DNA of 23,274 nucleotides from a virus (Duplodnaviria; Heunggongvirae; Uroviricota; Caudoviricetes): IMG/VR virus record IMGVR_UViG_2571042372_000002; one strand, 5' to 3'. Shown piece by piece: positions 16,301 to 23,274 of this stretch (position 1 is its first letter; each line of letters starts with the position of its first letter). The notes under the pieces were generated by a model. It saw only the letters and a program-made list of their open reading frames with translations, ran no database searches and was not told where the DNA came from. The position numbers and the translations under genes were made by a program.

Positions 16301-19300
16301 ATGGGTAAAGGCAGCAGTAAGGGGCATACCCCGCGCGAAGCGAAGGACAACCTGAAATCATCCCAGATGCTGAGCGTGATAGACGCCATCAGCGAAGGGC
16401 CGGTTGAAGGTCCGGTGGATGGATTAAAAAGCGTGCTGCTGAACAGTACGCCGGTGCTGGACAGTGAGGGGAATACCAATATATTCGGCGTCACGGTGGT
16501 GTTCCGGGCCGGTGAGCAGGAGCAGACTCCGCCGGAGGGATTTGAATCCTCCGGCTCCGAGACGGTGCTGGGTACAGAAGTGAAATATGACACGCCGATC
16601 ACCCGGACCATCACGTCGGCAAACATTGACCGTCTGCGTTTTACTTTCGGCGTGCAGGCACTGGTGGAAACCACCTCAAAGGGGGACAGGAATCCATCGG
16701 AAGTCCGCCTGCTGGTTCAGATTCAACGTAACGGTGGCTGGGTGACGGAAAAAGACATCACCATTAAGGGCAAAACCACGTCGCAGTATCTGGCCTCGGT
16801 GGTGGTGGATAACCTGCCGCCGCGCCCGTTTAATATCCGGATGCGCAGGATGACGCCGGACAGCACCACAGACCAGTTGCAGAACAAAACGCTCTGGTCG
16901 TCATACACCGAAATCATCGATGTGAAACAGTGCTACCCGAACACGGCACTGGTCGGCGTACAGGTGGACTCGGAGCAGTTCGGCAGCCAGCAGGTGAGCC
17001 GTAATTATCATCTTCGCGGGCGCATTCTGCAGGTGCCGTCGAACTATAACCCGCAGACGCGGCAATACAGCGGTATCTGGGACGGAACGTTTAAGCCAGC
17101 ATACAGCAACAACATGGCCTGGTGTCTGTGGGATATGCTGACCCATCCGCGCTACGGCATGGGGAAACGTCTTGGTGCGGCAGATGTGGATAAATGGGCG
17201 CTGTATGTCATCGGCCAGAATTGCGACCAGTCAGTGCCGGACGGCTTTGGCGGCACGGAGCCGCGCATCACCTGTAATGCGTACCTGACCACACAGCGCA
17301 AGGCGTGGGATGTGCTCAGTGATTTTTGCTCGGCGATGCGCTGTATGCCGGTATGGAACGGGCAGACGCTGACATTCGTGCAGGACCGACCGTCGGATAA
17401 GGTGTGGACCTATAACCGCAGTAATGTGGTGATGCCGGATGATGGTGCGCCGTTCCGCTACAGCTTCAGCGCCCTGAAAGACCGCCATAATGCTGTTGAG
17501 GTGAACTGGATTGACCCGGATAACGGCTGGGAGACGGCGACAGAGCTTGTGGAGGACACGCAGGCCATTGCCCGTTACGGTCGTAACGTCACGAAGATGG
17601 ATGCCTTTGGCTGTACCAGCCGGGGGCAGGCACACCGCGCCGGGCTGTGGCTGATTAAAACGGAGCTGCTGGAAACGCAGACCGTGGACTTCAGCGTGGG
17701 TGCAGAAGGGCTTCGCCATGTACCGGGCGATGTCATTGAAATCTGTGATGATGACTATGCGGGGATCAGCATCGGCGGGCGCGTGCTGGCGGTGAACAAC
17801 CAGACGCGGACACTGACGCTCGACCGTGAAATCACGCTGCCATCCTCCGGCACCACGCTGATAAGCCTGGCTGACGGACAGGGGAATCCGGTCAGCGTGG
17901 AGGTCCAGTCCGTCACCGACGGCGTGAAGGTAAAAGTGAGCCGTGTTCCTGACGGCGTTGCAGAATACAGCGTGTGGGGGCTGAAGTTGCCAACGTTGCG
18001 CCAGCGCCTGTTCCGCTGTGTGAGTATCCGTGAGAACGATGACGGCACGTATGCCATCACTGCCGTGCAGCATGTACCGGAAAAAGAGGCCATCGTGGAT
18101 AACGGGGCGCACTTTGACGGCGACCAGAGCGGCACGGTGAATGGTGTCACGCCGCCAGCGGTGCAGCACCTGACTGCCGAAGTCACCGCAGACAGCGGGG
18201 AATATCAGGTGCTGGCGCGCTGGGACACGCCGAAGGTGGTGAAGGGGGTGAGCTTTATGCTTCGCCTGACCGTGGCAGCGGATGACGGCAGTGAGCGGCT
18301 GGTCAGCACGGCCCGGACGACGGAAACCACATACCGCTTCAGGCAACTGGCGCTGGGGAACTACAGGCTGACAGTCCGGGCGGTAAATGCGTGGGGGCAG
18401 CAGGGCGATCCGGCATCGGTATCGTTCCGGATTGCCGCACCGGCAGCGCCGTCGCAGATTGAGCTGACACCGGGGTATTTTCAGATAACCGCCACGCCGC
18501 ATCTTGCGGTTTATGATCCGACGGTACAGTTTGAGTTCTGGTTCTCGGAAAAGCGGATTGCGGATATCAGGCAGGTTGAAACCACAGCACGCTATCTTGG
18601 CACGGCGCTGTACTGGATAGCCGCCAGTATCAATATCAAACCGGGCCATGATTATTATTTTTACATCCGCAGTGTGAACACCGTTGGCAAATCGGCATTT
18701 GTGGAGGCTGTTGGCCAGCCGAGTGATGATGCATCCGGCTATCTGAATTTTTTCAAAGGAGAGATAGGGAAAACCCATCTGGCTCAGGAGTTGTGGACGC
18801 AGATTGATAACGGTCAGCTTGCGCCTGACCTGGCTGAAATCAGGACGTCCATTACGGGTGTCAGCAATGAAATCACGCAGACCGTCAATAAGAAACTGGA
18901 AGACCAGAGTGCAGCGATCCAGCAGATACAGAAGGTTCAGGTTGATACAAATAATAACCTGAACAGCATGTGGGCTGTGAAGCTGCAGCAGATGCAGGAC
19001 GGACGCCTTTATATCGCGGGTATTGGTGCCGGTGTTGAGAATACTCCTGACGGTATGCAGAGTCAGGTGCTGCTGGCGGCGGACAGGATTGCGATGATTA
19101 ATCCTGCGAATGGCAACACAAAGCCGATGTTTGTTGGGCAGGGCGATCAGATATTCATGAACGAAGTGTTCCTGAAATATCTGACGGCTCCCACCATTAC
19201 CAGCGGTGGCAATCCCCCAACGTTTTCACTGACACCTGATGGTCGACTTTCTGCGAAAAATGCGGATATCAGCGGTAACGTGAACGCGAACTCCGGGACG

Positions 19301-19783
19301 CTCAACAACGTCACGATTAATCAGAACTGTCGGATTCTGGGAAAACTGTCAGCTAACCAGATTGAAGGTGATATTGTCAAAACGGTGGGAAAAGCCTTTC
19401 CGAGAAATGGCAGTTATGCCAGCGGTACAATAACGGTCACTGTGTACGATGACCAGGCTTTTGACCGTCAGATAGTAGTCCCCCCCGTTCTGTTTCGTGG
19501 GGGTAAGCATGAAAACTTCAACAGCAACAACCAACAGTCATACTGGTATTCAACCTGTAAGCTGCAGGTACTGAAGAACGGACAGGAAATCTTTCAGCAA
19601 CCCGCGACGGATGTCAGCAGGGTATTTTCATCAGTCATTGATATGCCTGCCGGACACGGCCATGTCACCCTGACTTTCAATGTTTCTTCATATGGTGCTA
19701 ATAACTGGACGCCAACGACCAGTATCAGCGACCTTCTTGTTGTTGTGATGAAGAAATCTACAGCCGGTATCAGTATCAGTTGA
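16301..19783 (+). CDS. J: tail tip / host specificity protein J homolog (central fibre)
   Basis: 1160 aa (1132 aa in lambda). GAGGA SD. C-terminal region ...[55 protein letters not shown]... is collinear with lambda J, but the last 100 or so residues are diverged. Confidence 0.95.
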   Translation: MGKGSSKGHTPREAKDNLKSSQMLSVIDAISEGPVEGPVDGLKSVLLNSTPVLDSEGNTNIFGVTVVFRAGEQEQTPPEGFESSGSETVLGTEVKYDTPITRTITSANIDRLRFTFGVQALVETTSKGDRNPSEVRLLVQIQRNGGWVTEKDITIKGKTTSQYLASVVVDNLPPRPFNIRMRRMTPDSTTDQLQNKTLWSSYTEIIDVKQCYPNTALVGVQVDSEQFGSQQVSRNYHLRGRILQVPSNYNPQTRQYSGIWDGTFKPAYSNNMAWCLWDMLTHPRYGMGKRLGAADVDKWALYVIGQNCDQSVPDGFGGTEPRITCNAYLTTQRKAWDVLSDFCSAMRCMPVWNGQTLTFVQDRPSDKVWTYNRSNVVMPDDGAPFRYSFSALKDRHNAVEVNWIDPDNGWETATELVEDTQAIARYGRNVTKMDAFGCTSRGQAHRAGLWLIKTELLETQTVDFSVGAEGLRHVPGDVIEICDDDYAGISIGGRVLAVNNQTRTLTLDREITLPSSGTTLISLADGQGNPVSVEVQSVTDGVKVKVSRVPDGVAEYSVWGLKLPTLRQRLFRCVSIRENDDGTYAITAVQHVPEKEAIVDNGAHFDGDQSGTVNGVTPPAVQHLTAEVTADSGEYQVLARWDTPKVVKGVSFMLRLTVAADDGSERLVSTARTTETTYRFRQLALGNYRLTVRAVNAWGQQGDPASVSFRIAAPAAPSQIELTPGYFQITATPHLAVYDPTVQFEFWFSEKRIADIRQVETTARYLGTALYWIAASINIKPGHDYYFYIRSVNTVGKSAFVEAVGQPSDDASGYLNFFKGEIGKTHLAQELWTQIDNGQLAPDLAEIRTSITGVSNEITQTVNKKLEDQSAAIQQIQKVQVDTNNNLNSMWAVKLQQMQDGRLYIAGIGAGVENTPDGMQSQVLLAADRIAMINPANGNTKPMFVGQGDQIFMNEVFLKYLTAPTITSGGNPPTFSLTPDGRLSAKNADISGNVNANSGTLNNVTINQNCRILGKLSANQIEGDIVKTVGKAFPRNGSYASGTITVTVYDDQAFDRQIVVPPVLFRGGKHENFNSNNQQSYWYSTCKLQVLKNGQEIFQQPATDVSRVFSSVIDMPAGHGHVTLTFNVSSYGANNWTPTTSISDLLVVVMKKSTAGISIS

Positions 19784-19802
19784 ATTTTATAACCCAGATA
19801 CG

Positions 19803-19830
19803 GGCGCCAGAAATGGCGCCTTTTTTATTT
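19803..19830 (+). terminator. rho-independent terminator downstream of J
   Basis: GGCGCCA-GAAA-TGGCGCC (7-bp GC-rich stem, GNRA-like loop) followed by TTTTTTATTT, starting 20 nt after the J stop. Confidence 0.7.
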
Positions 19831-19841
19831 GTGGAGTGAAT

Positions 19842-21902
19842 ATGGCAGTACAGATTTCAGGCGTGCTGAAAGACGGTGCAGGAAAACCGATACAGAACTG
19901 CACCATTCAGCTCAAAGCAAAACGTAACAGCACCACGGTTGTGGTGAACACGGTGGCCTCAGAAAATCCGGATGAAGCCGGACGTTACAGCATGGATGTC
20001 GAGTATGGCCAGTACAGCGTTATCCTGCTGGTTGAAGGTTTTCCGCCTTCACATGCCGGGGCCATCACCGTGTATGAGGATTCTAAGCCGGGGACATTGA
20101 ATGATTTTCTGGGCGCTGCAACAGAAGATGATGTTCGTCCGGAGGCACTGTATCGTTTTGAAAAGATGGTGGAAGAGGTGGCACGCAACGCTGAAGCCGC
20201 CTCTCAGAGCGCAGCGGCAGCAAAGAAATCAGAAACAGCAGCGGCATCGTCCAGGAATGCGGCGAAAACATCAGAGACGAATGCAGGTAACAGCGCGAAA
20301 GCGGCAGCTTCTTCAAAAACAGCCGCACAAAACGCAGCAACAGCGGCAGAACGTTCAGAGACAAATGCCCGTGCGTCAGAAGAAGCCTCCGCAGACAGTG
20401 AAGAGGCTTCCCGCCGTAATGCAGAGTCAGCCGCTGAAAATGCCGGAGTCGCCACCACAAAAGCGCGGGAGGCCGCAGCAGACGCAACAAAGGCCGGGCA
20501 GAAAAAGGATGAGGCTCTGTCGGCAGCGACACGGGCTGAAAAGGCGGCAGACCGCGCAGAAGTCGCAGCGGAAGTGACTGCAGAGCCCTATGCGAATATA
20601 GTGCCGCCGCTGCCTGATGTGTGGATACCGTTTAACGATTCACTGGATATGATTGCGGGTTTTTCTCCGGGCTATAAAAAAATAGCTATTGGTGACGATG
20701 TGGTTCAGGTCGCCAGTGATAAACAGGTTAATTTCAGTCGCGCATCAACGGCAACATATATCAACAAATCTGGCGAACTGAAAACGGCGGAAATTAATGA
20801 GCCGCGATTTGAGTGTGATGGCCTGCTTATTGAGGGACAAAGAACGAACTACATGCTCAATTCGGAAAGTCCAGCCAGCTGGGGGAAGTCATCAAACATG
20901 GATGTGCCCGAAACCGGGACAGATAGTTTTGGTTTTACTTATGGAAAGTTTGTCTGCAACGATTCTCTGGTTGGGCAAACTTCGGCTATTAATATGGCAT
21001 CAATTGCTGCAACAAAGTCAGTTGATGTCTCAGGCGATAACAAGTACGTGACAACCTCATGCCGTTTTAAAACAGAACGACAGGTAAGGTTACGTATACG
21101 GTTTGATAAGTATGATGGTAGTGCAACAACTTTTCTTGGCGATGCGTACATTGATACGCAAACGCTTGAAATTAATATGACAGGTGGGGCTGCCGGCAGA
21201 ATTACGGCACGAGTCAGGAAGGATAAGACCACAGGCTGGATTTTTGCAGAGGCAACGATTCAGGCAATTGATGGTGAGTTAAAAATAGGCTCTCAGATAC
21301 AGTATTCTCCTGAGCGGGGTGGGGCAACAGTATCTGGTGACTATATTTATCTTGCCACCCCACAAGTAGAGAATGGGCCGTGTGTATCATCATTTATTAT
21401 TTCAGGAGGCAGCGCAACGACAAGAGCCAGTGATTTGGTTAGTATCCCCACCAGAAATAATCTTTATAAGTTACCATTTACTTTTTTACTTGAGATTCAT
21501 AAAAACTGGGATATTGCACCAAACGCCGCACCCCGCGTGTGGGATATAGCAGCAGCCAATACCGGGCAATCAGCAATTGCAGCAATCAACAGAGGTAGTG
21601 GTAAGTTATATATGAGTCTGTCAAACCCTTCAGGCTTGTATGTTAATAGCGCAGCGACAGATGTATTTGCAGAGAAAACCACATTTGGATGTATTGCAAA
21701 AGCTGATGGTCACTTTCATGTGGTGACAAATGGTAAAGCGGTTAATGAAGTTTATTGTGAATATAATGGTGTGACCGCTGATAAAAATATCCGATTTGGA
21801 GGGCAGACGAATACTGGAGAACGACATCTGTTTGGCCATATTCGCAATTTCCGCATATGGCATAAAGAATTAAATGACAGGCAATTAAAAGAGGTCGTAT
21901 GA
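19842..21902 (+). CDS. stf: side tail fibre protein (lambda Stf-like N-terminus, Ala/Ser/Glu-rich shaft, divergent AT-rich C-terminal putative receptor-binding domain)
   Basis: GGAG SD and ATG at 19842. N-terminal ~90 aa MAVQISGVLKDGAGKPIQNCTIQLKAKRNSTTVVVNTV...GRYSMDVEYGQYSVIL are near-identical to lambda Stf as recalled. Residues about 115-245 are a low-complexity A/S/E/T-rich repeat. The C-terminal ~440 aa is encoded by visibly AT-rich DNA and is unlike lambda Stf. Confidence 0.85.
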   Translation: MAVQISGVLKDGAGKPIQNCTIQLKAKRNSTTVVVNTVASENPDEAGRYSMDVEYGQYSVILLVEGFPPSHAGAITVYEDSKPGTLNDFLGAATEDDVRPEALYRFEKMVEEVARNAEAASQSAAAAKKSETAAASSRNAAKTSETNAGNSAKAAASSKTAAQNAATAAERSETNARASEEASADSEEASRRNAESAAENAGVATTKAREAAADATKAGQKKDEALSAATRAEKAADRAEVAAEVTAEPYANIVPPLPDVWIPFNDSLDMIAGFSPGYKKIAIGDDVVQVASDKQVNFSRASTATYINKSGELKTAEINEPRFECDGLLIEGQRTNYMLNSESPASWGKSSNMDVPETGTDSFGFTYGKFVCNDSLVGQTSAINMASIAATKSVDVSGDNKYVTTSCRFKTERQVRLRIRFDKYDGSATTFLGDAYIDTQTLEINMTGGAAGRITARVRKDKTTGWIFAEATIQAIDGELKIGSQIQYSPERGGATVSGDYIYLATPQVENGPCVSSFIISGGSATTRASDLVSIPTRNNLYKLPFTFLLEIHKNWDIAPNAAPRVWDIAAANTGQSAIAAINRGSGKLYMSLSNPSGLYVNSAATDVFAEKTTFGCIAKADGHFHVVTNGKAVNEVYCEYNGVTADKNIRFGGQTNTGERHLFGHIRNFRIWHKELNDRQLKEVV

Positions 21903-22177
21903 AAGATTTAACTTTGAAGTTTCATGACAAACTGCAGTTTAAGGCCTTCCTGTCATCTCTTGACTGGGAGGAGGATGAAGACCTCCAGAATAAACTGTTA
22001 GTCGATGAAATTGGTTTCACCTACACAGAAACAGGGGTAACAGAAGAGGGAGAACCTGTCTGTGTCCGGAATGACGGTTATTTTGTCAACATTCGCATTC
22101 TTGATGACTTGTTTGATGTTTCTGTATTCTCTGATTATGTCGTGGAGCTGGAAACACCGCTTCGGGAATGGAGCTGA
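21899..22177 (+). CDS. hypothetical small acidic protein (92 aa), translationally coupled to the tail fibre gene; possible fibre accessory/chaperone or moron
   Basis: ATG 21899 overlaps the stf stop (ATGA) with AGAGG upstream. AT-rich like the distal stf module. Highly acidic (many D/E), no TM segment. No homolog recognised. Confidence 0.5.
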   Translation: MKDLTLKFHDKLQFKAFLSSLDWEEDEDLQNKLLVDEIGFTYTETGVTEEGEPVCVRNDGYFVNIRILDDLFDVSVFSDYVVELETPLREWS

Positions 22178-22189
22178 AAGGAGGAAATA

Positions 22190-22483
22190 ATGGATATAAG
22201 CCCCTTACTTCATGCGCTTTGTGCTGTGGCTGCGCAGATACTGGTTGGTCTTTTTACCGGAAACTGGGCTTACGGAGCGATAGCCGGTTGTACGTTCTTC
22301 ATTGCGCGTGAACATACCCAGGCAGAATATCGCTGGATTGAAATGTTCGGGCATGGCAAGCGAATGAATATGCCGTGGTGGGGCGGTTTTGATCCGCGAG
22401 CTTGGGATGTGGCAAGCCTGATGGATTTTGCTGTGCCGGTGGTGGCGTGTCTGCTGGTCTGGCTGTTGGTTAATCGTGGGTGA
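22190..22483 (+). CDS. hypothetical small membrane protein (97 aa, 2-3 predicted hydrophobic helices)
   Basis: Strong SD AAAGGAGG (22177-22184) 5 nt before ATG 22190. Hydrophobic segments LLHALCAVAAQILVGLFTG and FAVPVVACLLVWLLV flank a Trp/charged loop (EYRWIEMFGHGKRMNMPWWGGFDPRAW). No homolog recognised. Confidence 0.55.
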   Translation: MDISPLLHALCAVAAQILVGLFTGNWAYGAIAGCTFFIAREHTQAEYRWIEMFGHGKRMNMPWWGGFDPRAWDVASLMDFAVPVVACLLVWLLVNRG

Positions 22484-22574
22484 AAAAAGGTGAGCTGTAT
22501 ATGCAACGGAGGAAGAAACCCCGTTGCTGGAAGCCAGGAAAAAGTATCGGGTGTTGCTGTCCTCGGATGTTGTG

Positions 22575-23274
22575 CTAATTGGGTGATAACAGATCCTGTG
22601 TATGGGAGTTTCCCTTTTTGCGTGCGTTGATGCTGGTAACGGCAAACGTCATGATGAACAAAACCGCGAATAAGACGACAATCGTCGGAGCTGGTGCGCT
22701 GTCGATAAAAAAGGACAACCAGACACCAGTCATTGACACTATTACCGATATGCCAGTCGCCAGTAGGAGCGCAATATGAAAGCGTTGTGTCAGGAGTACC
22801 GCAATGGCGCCAGGCGCAATGAGCAGAGAAATGGAGAGAATGATACCTACCGCTTTCAGCGTCGCCACAATGGTCAGAGAGACCATGCACAGCAGCCCAT
22901 AATGCAGCCATCTCGTATGCAAACCGCTTACCTGCGCCTGTTGATAATCAAAGCTGAACAGCAAAAAATCCCGCCATTTTACGCTAATAACAAGTGTAAC
23001 CAGCCCGGCAATAATCATCGTCTGGATTATATCGCCGATGGTTATCCCGAGCATGTCGCCGAAAAGAATATGGTCAAGATGTACGTCTGGTTTGACTGCA
23101 ATATACAAGATCAGACCTGCGGCAAACATGCCAGAAAAAACAATCCCCATCACTGTATCTTGCTTGATTCGGCTGTTGTCTTTCAGGTATCCCGTCGCCA
23201 CCGCGCAGAATACTCCGGCGACGAATGCCCCTGTAGCCAAAGGTAACCCCAGAATCCAGGCAAGCACGATTCCA
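22575..23274 (-). CDS. sitD: metal (Mn/Fe) ABC transporter permease, ABC-3 family, 3' portion (sitD-like); N-terminus lies beyond the window end
   Basis: - strand ORF open to the window edge. Polytopic membrane protein with ABC-3 permease-like motifs (ILFGDMLGIT..D, HYGLL...SLTIVATLKAVGIILSISLLIAPGAIAVLLTQRF, DSAPAPTIVVLFAVLF). The sitD name is inferred from family and from the known association of sitABCD with lambdoid prophage regions in E. coli/Shigella, not from a search. Confidence 0.6.
   Translation of the reverse strand, partial: GIVLAWILGLPLATGAFVAGVFCAVATGYLKDNSRIKQDTVMGIVFSGMFAAGLILYIAVKPDVHLDHILFGDMLGITIGDIIQTMIIAGLVTLVISVKWRDFLLFSFDYQQAQVSGLHTRWLHYGLLCMVSLTIVATLKAVGIILSISLLIAPGAIAVLLTQRFHIALLLATGISVIVSMTGVWLSFFIDSAPAPTIVVLFAVLFIMTFAVTSINARKKGNSHTQDLLSPN

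Noticed and set aside
17231-18778. 515-aa - strand ORF antisense to J
   Set aside because: Long but entirely within the conserved J gene on the opposite strand; Arg/His/Cys-rich, no start context. A GC-rich antisense artefact.
20083-20577. Overlapping + and - strand ORFs (149-158 aa) in the stf shaft region
   Set aside because: Generated by the low-complexity GCN/GAA-rich repeat encoding the Ala/Ser/Glu shaft; alternative frames of a repeat, not genes.
22579-23246. + strand ORFs (66 aa and 156 aa) overlapping the sitD-like gene
   Set aside because: Antisense to a membrane permease with a clear family signature; no RBS or homology.
1-23274. Looked for tRNA/rRNA genes, CRISPR arrays, IS elements, integrase and att sites
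   Set aside because: No cloverleaf-like conserved tRNA motifs, no regularly spaced direct repeats, no transposase- or integrase-like ORFs, and no terminal inverted repeats were recognised. The window appears to lie internal to the prophage, except possibly at its right edge.

Overview
This window is almost entirely the late (morphogenesis) region of a lambda-like prophage from an enterobacterium (E. coli/Shigella type). It runs from a lambda-type cos site (cosN at 591-602) through Nu1-A-W-B-C/Nu3-D-E-FI-FII-Z-U-V-G/T-H-M-L-K-I-J-stf, all on the + strand and collinear with phage lambda. Assignments rest on reading the supplied ORF translations against my memory of the lambda proteins; no database search was run. 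Several proteins (U, G, H, I, Stf N-terminus) look nearly identical to lambda, while others (Nu1, C/Nu3, FI, J C-terminus, distal tail fibre) are diverged or mosaic. Downstream of the tail fibre lie two small unassigned genes and then, convergent on the - strand, the 3' part of an ABC-3 metal permease (sitD-like) that runs off the window end. The most interesting points are the AT-rich distal tail-fibre module with its translationally coupled small acidic ORF, the small membrane protein between the tail fibre and sitD, a triplicated motif in the Nu3 scaffold, and intrinsic-terminator-like hairpins after E, I and J. No tRNA, rRNA, CRISPR array or IS element was recognised.
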